The position numbers and the translations under genes are program-made. Below, one piece after another: positions 38,460 through 49,475 of a stretch of DNA of 64,000 nt; the stretch's first letter is position 1; the number at the start of each line of letters is the position of its first letter. Source of the DNA: Octopus sinensis (taxonomy: Eukaryota); the NCBI RefSeq assembly GCF_006345805.1, contig NC_043002.1, positions 68,014,001 to 68,078,000 on the forward strand. Reading direction: 5' to 3'. A model generated the notes under the pieces. The model was given only the letters and a program-made list of their open reading frames with translations, searched no databases and was not told the DNA's origin.

Positions 38460-38750
38460 AATAATATGTATATATAAAATATAAATAATACGTATATATA
38501 TAGAATAATAATATAAATAATATATATGTGTATATATATATAGTGAGAGTTTACAAAAAACAAAAGATGAAGACAAGTGTGTAAACAACAAACAGATGTA
38601 TTAGTTTAACAGTTAGGAAGTGAGAAAGTCTTTTACATTTCGAGCCTACACTCTTCAACAGAAAGGAACACAGAAATAAGCAGGCCAAGAAAATAATAAA
38701 GGTCCAGTGGCTAGCGATCTATGATGGCAAATGCCAGGTATGTATATATA

Positions 38751-38832
<82 letters not shown>

Positions 38833-39029
38833 GTAATATAATATAAATAATATGTATATGGATATATATATATGCATAAATGGGTACAGGATGTCACCAA
38901 GTGTGTAAACAACATGAAGTATGAAGACAAATGAGTTAACTATGCAAACAATGAGAGAAAAAATGGAAAACAGGACAAGTAACACAAAAAACAACCCTTC
39001 ATCAGTTGTTGGCTGTCTATCTAAGATAT

Positions 39030-39064
<35 letters not shown>

Positions 39065-39689
39065 GTCAACAGTTGAGATCCAGAGATACTCAATATAGAA
39101 CATGCTTAATAGTGCTGAAATGATTTGAACTTACACTTGAAAATCTTTACTGTGAACTAAATCCAGTGTAAAGAATGAGTATAAGAGGAATCCAGGTGAG
39201 CAGGTATGGAGATAATGATGCAAATAAACAAACAAAATCGCTTGTGTTAGATATATAAAATATACATACATGGTCACAGTCTTAGGGCTGAAACATATAA
39301 AAGAATAAAAGAATAAACATGTAAATTAGAAAAAAAACAAAAACTGAAAAATTCAGACAATGAATATTCATGTATGAACATATATGTAAATATGTTCTTT
39401 TCTTTTATTCTTTTATTTGCTTCAGTTGGTTGACTGCGGCCATGTTGGAGCATCACCTTTAGTCGAACAAATCGACTCCAGGACTTACTCTTTGTAAGCC
39501 TAGTACTTATTCTAATGGTCTCTTTTGCTGAACCACTAAGTTATGGGGATGTAAACACACCAACATCAATTGTCAAGCGATGGTGGGGGGACTACAAAAC
39601 ACACAAACATATACATACAGATACACACACACATATGTATCTGCTCCAGATACAGACTGTATTAGTAATGCACTAATCAGTTGGTTGAT

Positions 39690-39995
39690 TTCTTTGTCTG
39701 AAAATCCAAGCTTATCCAGACTGAGAGTCAGGCATCTACTTATAAAACTAAATATTCCAATTATTATTGATATAAATGTAAATTTGTAATCCGGATATAG
39801 AATCTGGAGATTTTGAAGCAGTTGTCCATAGATATTTCCTTTCTCTGTGATTTTGAAAGATATTCACAGCAGCAGGATAGCTGACCTCTATGACAGTACA
39901 TACTTTTTCTTGTCTATCCCAAACAACAATATCTGGTCTGTTATGTTTGCACTTGACAGATATTTTGATGTGAATGTCCCACCATTATTCCTTAT
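39690..39995 (-). mobile_element. R4/Dong-type LINE restriction-like endonuclease remnant
   Basis: WWDIHIKISVKCKHNRPDIVVWDRQEKVCTVIEVSYP, then after a frameshift YGQLLQNLQILYPDYKFTFISIIIG (PD..D/E RLE signature). Confidence 0.75.
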
Positions 39996-40094
39996 GCTGA
40001 TATTTGAGTACAAATTCAATAACTGGGGTATTCTCTGTATTTATTTCAGAACAGTCTTTTTTCCTTGTTCGTTCAACAAGGACAGAGATACACA

Positions 40095-40431
40095 GTTAAG
40101 ACCAATTTAACCTGTGAATCCCAAAATTAAATTTATGTGATAACTTGTTCAGGTAATTTTTGGAATAACGTTTTTCAGACACAACTATATAGGCCAAACA
40201 AGGACGTCACTTAGATGGAGAACTACACTGCATAAGGAACTGATCTGTTTCTCAAGGTATAGACAGATATCATTGAGTGAATACATAGAAAGATGTGCAG
40301 GGAATCTCCAACCTAATTTCACGATTTTCCCCATCTACCAGAGCAAGCAAACAATTTCTATACAAGAATGATTAAATAAAGAAAGTATATATATTAAAAA
40401 ATACAAATCATGCCTGAATATGAACGCATAA
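40095..40431 (+). mobile_element. Penelope-like element GIY-YIG endonuclease remnant (pseudogenised)
   Basis: VKTNLTCESQN*IYVITCSG, frameshift, NYIGQTRTSLRWRTTLH...ESIYIKKYKSCLNMNA*; matches the PLE TC.S.N.IY.I.C..YIGQT...E..I....LN pattern. Not in the ORF track. Confidence 0.78.
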
Positions 40432-40782
40432 CCAATTTTGGATTTTATAAATATTTTAATTTGTGAATGCATAACCAACACTGTGCATATTTTATCTCAT
40501 TACTTTAACTCATGAGTTTATATAAATTTACCCTCCCCAAGTGCAATTACCTCCCCTTAGATTTTTTTCTACTTGCTGATTTATTTACAAACAAACTCTT
40601 ATACAAACAATATAGACTAAAAACTTACAAAATGGCAATATTTTCACCAATTTCAATGTCATGATTAGCAAAACGCAAAACTGATCAACTACCATAATAC
40701 TCTATCCTTTAAAATATAATAAAAATATATAAATTGAGTGTATTTCCCTTCTTTTATTATATATTTTTTCACTATATGATGA

Positions 40783-40816
<34 letters not shown>

Positions 40817-41556
40817 TTTGGTCTCTTATATGTAAGTATATATATCTAAATTTTGTACGACTCTAGTGTTCTTTGTATTCTTTCATTCTTTCCTTCTTTC
40901 TCTCAGCCCTTTCACACTTTGTTCATTCCACTCTTCGTTCTTTCATTCCCCCTCTCTCACAATTCCTGGCCTTCTCTTCATTCTCACTTTCTCTCTTTCA
41001 CTTCACTGTGTCTCTTACATTTTTTCTCACCCCCTCCTTAATTCTTCTATCCCTCTGCCTCTAGCTCTCTCTTTTCTCTCCTCACGTGACCAGTGTTCGG
41101 CCAGGCCTGACCTTTCTTTCTTAGTTGGACTACTGTCCGTGCAACATCAATATTCCTTCCTTTGCATGCTAAATCTTATGTCCCTACCGTAAGGCTTTAC
41201 TTCCACACACGCCAGCTTAATTCAATTCCTCCTTAGTTAAAAGACATCTGTTATTATGTCCTGTTATTTGTATTTCTGTAACATTTCTGGGTTTTTTTTC
41301 AGTCCTTATACATTTGCAGCTTTCTTCCAAGGAATGTAATGCTCTTAGCTTATTTTTTCCTTGGGGCTGGCCCGATTGGAGCAATCTCGAGTATAACCAG
41401 CCACAATTGCAAAGATAATCTGGAACTCGACTGAGGATAGAAAACTCTGAATGATCCGTCCTTGTTTTCCTTGTATCGTCTGTCTGGATATTTTGTTGTC
41501 CTTTTTTTTTGTTTCACCTAACTGTCTGGATGTTTTGCATTCTTGTCCCATTTTTG

Positions 41557-41617
<61 letters not shown>

Positions 41618-41994
41618 CAGAGAGAGAGAGATGTATATCAGGATGTTCATAAAGTAGTTGCTTTTTTTCACCACTTTTTTTCACACACACACACACATGC
41701 ACACATACAACTGACTTCCAAACAGTTTCTGTCCAACAGATTCACTCACAAGGCATTGGTTGGCCCAGAGCTATAGTTGAAGACACTTGCTTATGGTGTT
41801 GTACACAGGGACTGAACCTGGAACTATGTGGTTGCAAAGCATTGGCACTTACAGAGGAAAGTCTGCAAGCAAGATCAAAGAGATCAACCCCAGTACATAA
41901 ATCTTAAGACTGGAGCAGGTTCTGTCATTCTCTTTTGCTGAACCGCTAAGTTACAGATATGTCAACTGGTCGTCAAGTGGTACAGGTGGGGGAG

Positions 41995-42400
41995 ATTGAT
42001 ACAAACACTGACACAAACACACACACTCACATGTGCACGTGCGCATACACACACAAACACAAACACACATATACCTATACACAGACACAAACACACATAA
42101 ATACATGCACATGCATACACAAACACATACACACACACACAACTGCACATAAACACACACACACACAAACACGCATACACACACACACAATCATGCATAC
42201 ACACATGCACAAACATGCATACACACACACATATAAACACACACACTTACACACACAACCACACATAAACACACACAAACATGCATACACACACAAACAC
42301 ACACACACATACACACACATATACACACACACACAAACACACATACACAAGCACACATAAACACATAGAGATGCATACACAAATACACACACACACACAT
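41995..42400. repeat. Long degenerate (CA)n microsatellite within family B SINE remnants
   Basis: Directly visible. Confidence 0.93.
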
Positions 42401-42859
42401 ATGATGAGCTTCTACACAGTTTTTTCCCCTACCAAATTCATTCACAGAACATCAGTTGGCCTGGAGCTATAGAAAAAAAAACTTGCTCAAAGTGCCACAC
42501 AGTGGGACTGAACTCAAAACCTCGGAGCTTCCAAACCATACAGCCAGTGATGACAAATGTACTACAATCATTCCATAAACACTTTCCCCAAATGTCATCC
42601 TAAATTGCACTGATATGTCATGGCTTTGCAATTCAAAGCATTTCTCACCTCTCACTTTATGATTGCTGAATGCTAGCAAGCCTCTGACTTACACCTAAAT
42701 ATAAGTGGCATCTAGATTGTCTTCTAATTATTTGATACTGTTGTAAGCTTCCTACTTTCTTCTGATCTTTCTATGATTAGCATTTATGTCTTTACCTACC
42801 AGGGCTAGATTAGACCTAAACAGGCCCTAAACGCTAAGATTTTGGTTCCCACATATTCT

Positions 42860-43112
42860 TTTATTTTTTTCTTTATTCTTTAATTTGTTTCAGTCATTTG
42901 ACTGTGGTCATGCTGGAGCACTGCTTTAAATCGAACAATTGAACCCAGGACTTACTCTTTGTAAGCCTAGTACTTATTCTATTGGTCTCTTTTGTCAAAC
43001 TGTTAAGTTATGGGCACGTAAACACACCAGCATTGGTTGTCAAGTGATGGTGGAGGGACAAACACGCTCAAACATATATTCACACACACATACCTACATA
43101 TATATATATATT

Positions 43113-43153
<41 letters not shown>

Positions 43154-43583
43154 TATATATATATATTATATATATATATATATATTTATATATATACATA
43201 CAATAGGCTTCTTTCAGTTTCTGTCTACCAAATCTACTCACAAGGCTTTGGTCAGCCTGAGGCCATAGAAGAAGACACTTACCCAAGGTGCCATGCAGTA
43301 GAACTGAACCCTGAACCATGTGGTTGGTAAGCAAGCTACTTACCACACACCCACTCCTGCACCTATATTCTTTTATTTTTTTATTCTTTTACTTGTTTCA
43401 GTCATTTGACTGTGACCATGATGGAGCACCACCTTTAGTCGAACAAATCACCCCAGGACTGATTCCTTGTAAGCCTAGTACTTATTCTATCAGTGTCTTT
43501 TGCCAAACCACTAAGTTACAAGCATGTAAACACACCAACATTGGTGGCAGCGGTGGGGGATGCAAACACAGACACATACACAA

Positions 43584-43620
<37 letters not shown>
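42860..43620 (-). mobile_element. Two head-to-tail family B SINEs (42860-43365; 43370-43620 partial)
   Basis: Repeated cttgtttcagtcatttgactg right halves. Confidence 0.82.
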
Positions 43621-43628
<8 letters not shown>

Positions 43629-43644
43629 AAAGAACACATAATGT

Positions 43645-43998
43645 TGTGTGCTGCTTTGACCCATGAATAGTCAAGAAAGAAGGCGAAAAAATAGGTATAA
43701 TATAAGGCTCTTAAGTATGAAATAGCCTGGCTATGGGAAATGAAGAAGGTGAAGATAGTACCAATTATTGTTGGGTCCTTGGGGACAGTATCAGAAGGTA
43801 TCAAGAGGAATATAAAGAAAATTGGAATAAAGTGCCCAGTAGAACTGTTACAAAAGATTTGCCTCCTTGGCATGGCCAGAATAATCAAGAAAGTATTAGA
43901 TAGTTAAAAAAAACATATAGCATGGTACCATAGGCTGCAGGTAGCTCCAGGAGTTCCAACAAAATCTCTGATAAAAAGACATGATGATGATGATGATG
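43645..43998 (+). mobile_element. R4/Dong-type LINE 3' end
   Basis: YKALKYEIAWLWEMKKVKIVPIIVGSLGTV...LQKICLLGMARIIKKVLDS* then a 3'UTR and (gat)n. Confidence 0.78.
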
Positions 43999-44363
43999 AT
44001 AGCCCACATCCTACACAAGACACTATCAACCCAATAATACAACCTAAACAAAACAACCCACAAATACAAAGACACACTCTAAACAGCATTTACCCAGTGA
44101 AATAAACTCCACCAGCAAGCCAGAACACCAAACCATTACACGCTCAACACACAATACAAATGACTGCACCACACCTGAAGAGAAAAAAAAAGCTAACACA
44201 ATACAGTTCTGGGAAGAGTTTGCACACTCCCAACAGCAGAAAAGAACGCACAACGCTGCACACACCCAGCAACACTGAGGTGTAGCAGGTGATGCAGTAG
44301 AGATTTGCCTCAATCTACCAAATATTGAACAGTTATATAACAGTAACAATAATAATAATAATA

Positions 44364-44419
<56 letters not shown>

Positions 44420-44456
44420 AATAATGATAATAATAATAATAATGATAATAATAATA

Positions 44457-44547
<91 letters not shown>

Positions 44548-44560
44548 AATAATAATAATA

Positions 44561-44804
44561 AGTGGCTGATGATATGTGCATCTCTGATCACGAGCAGAAG
44601 TAGTGGGGGAGTATCATAGCCGTGTGTTGAGACCTGCAAGGTCATGTGCTGTTTATCTTGATATGAGATCACCATGTCGTGCACACATGGTTGTGATGCA
44701 TGTGCCTAGTGTACCCTTATCAGACGGGTAGTCATGATGGGTATACTGGGCTTCGTATATTTTACCCCAGTGTCACTTTGATGGTATGCACTGCTCTCTC
44801 ACTC

Positions 44805-44856
<52 letters not shown>
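44561..44856 (+). mobile_element. Family D element, 5'-truncated and internally deleted copy
   Basis: Matches 44857-45447; ends ctctctcactc(aat)n; preceded by a (gat/aat)n array. Confidence 0.8.
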
Positions 44857-44859
<3 letters not shown>

Positions 44860-45405
44860 GCCCTGATGCAGTACCAGGCAGTGGCTCTCGTGGTTCTGAT
44901 CTTAACTGCTTGGAAGTGTTATCATGTACATTGTTTTGTCTTGGTATAAAAGATGGGCTACAGCAAATATTCTGCTCAATACCACAGATTTGCTTCTCAG
45001 TTGTTTGACTATAACCAATTGAGCATGTCCCTTAGGCTGACGATATGTGCATCTCTGATCACAAGCAGAAGTAGTGGGGGAGCATCATAGCCATGTGTTG
45101 AAAGGAATTCTTAGAGGTTTGGATAATTCACCTTTGGAAACAATGGGTGGTTCGTTTAACATCCTTAAACAATCCTTATTCAAGGACGTTTTGTGTGGGA
45201 TAGGCTACTCAACCAGAACAAAATTCTAACTGGGCTCCACCTGCAAGGTCATGCGCTGTTTATCTTGATATGAGATCACCATGTCGTGCACATATGGTTG
45301 TGATGCATCCTTATCAGATGAGTAGTCATGATGGGTATACTGGGCTTCGTATATTTTACCCTAGTGTCACTTTGATGGCATGCACTGCTCTCTCACTCAA
45401 TAATA

Positions 45406-45447
<42 letters not shown>
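44857..45447 (+). mobile_element. Family D element (~590 bp, non-tRNA, (AAT)n-tailed), full length
   Basis: Starts aatgccctgatgcagtacc directly after (aat)n and ends ctcactc(aat)n; inverted full copy at 47848-48435. Confidence 0.82.
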
Positions 45448-46860
45448 GCGCTACCAATAAGGACTTAAGTGATATAAGTCACACCAGCAACTTAAGTGAT
45501 TTAAGTGAGGAAGATCAAAAGATTTTAGTTGAGCAGCAGAAAGTAATGAGTAAAAAAAAAAGAAGAAAAAGATTGCCAGCATTAAAAGGCAGCAACAGAA
45601 GGAAGCTGCTAGAAATGACTAGGAAATTAGATTCTGTTATCAGTAGGATAGATATTAAAAATATGGGTGACACTAATTTACTGATCTATGCAGTAGGGTC
45701 AGTAGTCACCAGAAGATTAGGTATCTCACAGGAAAAGATTAAAAAAAGAGCAAATGTGGAAAAGGAGACTACACAATAAAGTGAAGACTTTAACACAAGA
45801 TCTGAGTTAAATATAAACTTGGAAACTGAACAAGTTAGGAAACACAAGATGCAGATCTTCTCCCAAGAAAAGATATTTAGTCAAAGAGAAAGGATTTGGG
45901 ACAGTAATAGAAGAGCTGAAACAGTGTATCATAGCAGTAGCAGGGAAGCTCTCCAGATATCAGAAAAGAATAGATTAATATCAACAGAATAGATTATTTG
46001 AGACAGACCAGAGGAGATTTTATAACCAAATAAATAGTGGAGAACAAAGTATTGAAGATGAGAAACCTAATGCAGAGGAAACTAGAAAGTTCTGGAGTAA
46101 TATTTGGGATAAGCCAGTCAGTCATAATAGAGATGCAGCATGGTAAAAGAAAGTGAGGGATGAAGTAGTGAGTGAGAACCAAATCTAAGATTAACTAGTA
46201 CATTAATGAGTAAAGTGTTAGAGAGAATGCTGAATTGGAAGGGCCCAGGACCAGATTTAGTTCAAGGATACTGGCTAAAGAAATTTAGTAGTTAACATGG
46301 GAGGCTGAGGGAACAACTTCAAAATTGCCTTAATGGAGGAATAATACCAGATTGGCTGACTAGAGGGAGGACAATACTCATCATGAAAAAGATAAAGGAA
46401 AAAAAGAAACCAAGGTCATAGATATTGCAATACCTGGAGATGCACGCATGAGAGACAAAGAACTAGAAAAGACTGAAAAGTACAGACTACTAAAAGATGA
46501 AATTGTAAGAATGTGGACTATGAGGAGAGTGTCTGACATTTCAATAGTTGTAGGGGCACTCAGAGCACTAACAGCCAAGTTTGAGAAATATGTCAATGAA
46601 TTAGGAATTGATATGAGAGCAGAGCAAGCCCAAAAAACTGCTCTTCTGGGGACAGCTAGGATTTCGAGATGGGTACTTTGATGTTGAATGTCTCTCACGA
46701 TAATTAACAACCAAGTATCAAAGCTTATAATGTGCAGAAAGAGGCTCTGTGAGACACCTGATGGTAGATTGCTGTCCGCTCTCACAGAATCTACTAGAAC
46801 AAACAAGACCAAATGTACTGAGAAGTAAAACAATAATAAAATTAATAAAAAAACTGATGA
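45448..46860 (+). mobile_element. Internally deleted R4/Dong-type LINE
   Basis: N-terminal DTNLLIYAVGSVVTRRLG; EETRKFWSNIWDKPVSHN; RT start WKGPGPDLVQGYWLK...PDWLTRGRTILIMK joined to RLE KVIDIAIPGD...QKTALLGTARI; A-rich/aat tail. Confidence 0.85.
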
Positions 46861-47843
46861 TAAATCTTTAATGAAACAATTCAAAGGCATTTAAACTGAT
46901 ATAATTTCAGGTATAAAATGTAGCATAACATGTTGAAGCTTCAAAGTGGTAACACTTGCTACCACCAACTAGATTTGCCTCTGCAGTCACCTTCAACTGA
47001 GGTTATGCTCATAGCTTGTATGCTTGCCATTTTTATTTGTACCTTTCATTATTTCATTCTAGGCTCTCACAGGAGGTTTCTCCCTTGAATCTTTCCCCTC
47101 AGTGTCATACTCAACATATCACCAAATACTGCATAAATTTAAGAAAGAGGATATACACCAAGTGTATTCAAGTAGATAAATTCATCCCATCAAATTGGAA
47201 AATATCACCTTCCCCACATTAACAGCTCCACAGCTCATAGACATAGTCAAAGCAAGTCTTTCTCCTCAATTTAAAACACCCACTAAACACACAGAAACAG
47301 TGCAGTGCATATATCAACACCTTTGTCTAATAACACCGCCATCACTGGTTCTCTTAGCAAAACTTCTTAGACATTCCAACAACCCACAAGAACACAATAG
47401 ATATTGTTAGGTAGTTAAAAATTCTTACAACTAAATGCTGACAATTAAAGGGACGCAACTTAAATTTAAATAGATTTTAGTTACTGCCCCTCACTGACAA
47501 ATGTTTGTAGTAAGTCAATGAAACTGTGTTTCTTTGCAAATTCTTATATGTTTCTGCCGCCCCCAACTCCACCTCCGATGATTGGAGAAGGATGAGTTGA
47601 AGATTTGACCAAATTTTCCATTCTAACATGGAAAAAATAGATGTGAAAATGAACAGCCCAGAAAAAGGTTATTCAATACAGATGTGAAGTGTATTTAAGC
47701 CAATCCATTTGCCTTTTGCTCTGGAATTTCCATGGTGTGCAGTTACTTCTTCAGATAAGTGAAACTGAACAAAAAGGCAAGACTCAATACTGCAGTAGCG
47801 AAAGTATTGCAAAAGAAACTTTGTATAAATAATGCTGAAGATG

Positions 47844-47847
<4 letters not shown>

Positions 47848-47881
<34 letters not shown>

Positions 47882-48435
47882 GAGTGAGAGAGCAGTGCAT
47901 GCCATCAAAGTGACACTCAGGTAAAATATACGAAGCCCAGTATACCCATCATGACTACCTGTCTGGTAAGGGTACACCAGACACATGCACCACAACCATA
48001 TGTGTGCGACATGGTGATCTCATATCAAGATAAACAGCACATGACCTTGCAGGTGGAGCCCAGTTAGAATTTTCTTCTGGTTGAGTAACCCATCCCGCTC
48101 AAAAGGTCCCTGAATAAGGGTTGTTTAAGGATGTTGAATGAAACACCTATGTTTCCAGAGGTGAATTATTCAAACCCCAAAGAATCCCTCTCAACACATG
48201 GCTATGATGCTCCCCCACTACTTCTACTTGTGATCAGAGATGCACATATCGTCAGCCTAAGGGACATGGTCAACTGGTTAAGGTCAAACAACTGAGAAGC
48301 AAATCTGTGGTATTGAGCAGAATATTTGCTGTAGCCCATCTTTTATACCAAGACAAAACAATGTACATGATAACACTTCCAATCAGTTAAGATCAGAAGC
48401 CATAAGATCCACTGCCTGGTACTGCATCAGGCATT
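47848..48435 (-). mobile_element. Family D element, full-length inverted copy
   Basis: (tat)n on both sides; same 5' start as the 44857 copy. Confidence 0.82.
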
Positions 48436-48459
48436 TTTTAATTTTTATTATTATTATTA

Positions 48460-48491
<32 letters not shown>

Positions 48492-48561
48492 GTAGTAGTA
48501 GTAGTAGTAGTAGTAGTAATAGTGTTGGACTAGTCTATCTCTTTTTCTCTATGTGCATATA

Positions 48562-49130
48562 ATATAGCATCAGTGGTGCTTTTCCCTGGCACAAACCCAA
48601 ACTGCATCTTGTATAAACTGACTCTCTACCTAATTAGTTGGGTTATGACCCTCTCCGTGTCCTTTATTACCTGATCCAACAACTTGATACCTCTGTAATT
48701 ATTTGTATCTAAAGCGTCACCTTTACTTTTGTAGCAGTTGACTATAGTGCTGCTACAGCAGTCATTGGGTATGACTCCTTTGTGTATCACCTGGTTAACT
48801 ATACGGGTGACTAGGCTATAGCCAACACTGCCAGATATTTTGAGCATCTTTGCAATGATTCCTGATGGGCTGGGGCCTTTCCCTGTCTTCATACTCTTAA
48901 TTGCTTTATCTACCAAGGTACTGTCAACTCGGATAGCTGGTCCCTCTGTTGGGTCGACATTCAGCAGACTCTCTTTCTCCCATTCATTTTCTTTATTGAG
49001 CAACCTTTCATAGTGGCATTTCCAAACCTCTCTCTTTGCAGTCTCGTTTAGTACAAGTGAACCATCATCCATGTGGACACATTTCTCTCCTACAACATCA
49101 CGATTCTCTCTAACACACTGTAAGAGATAT
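48562..49130 (-). mobile_element. RTE-clade LINE reverse transcriptase fragment
   Basis: MKTGKGPSPSG...YKSKGDALDTNNYRGIKLL... then, across a frameshift, MQFGFVPGKSTTDAI. Confidence 0.85.
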
Positions 49131-49339
49131 CAACTGTTGAAATTGAAAATAAACCAGTTGCTAAGGAGGTTAAAATGAACAAAGAAAACGCAAGCTATTT
49201 TATGATTGAGAATACTAAACAAGTTCTCCTTGAAAAGACTCCAGATGAAATGTCAACTAGCAAAGGGAAAGTGGTAGAAATGGAAATAAAATAATAAATA
49301 ATTCTGTGTGTTTAGGAAAAAAAATCTCAAAGAGGGAGG

Positions 49340-49475
49340 TGTTGTGGCAGATGCCCCCAGGTGAGAAGTGGGCTGGTCTACTGCAAATAAATAGTGGACT
49401 GACAAAGTCAGTAGTATCGGTTGGCAAAGGTACACCATTCAGACCAGTCCCATAGAGATGACAAGATACATCGAC
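49340..49475 (+). repeat. LTR-like repeat (second copy from 51554), possible degraded Gypsy remnant
   Basis: ~130-bp direct repeat starting TG (tgttgtggcaga); first copy preceded by purine tract aaagagggagg; weak integrase-like DYYTGWP near 50175. Confidence 0.35.

Noticed and set aside
38975-39020. CTGATGAagggttg on the minus strand as another hammerhead
   Set aside because: No GAAA or stem III follows.
44857-45000. HDV-like ribozyme at the family D 5' end
   Set aside because: I tried to fit P1-P4; a small hairpin is present but the P1/P3/P1.1 order and spacing do not fit, so no claim is made.
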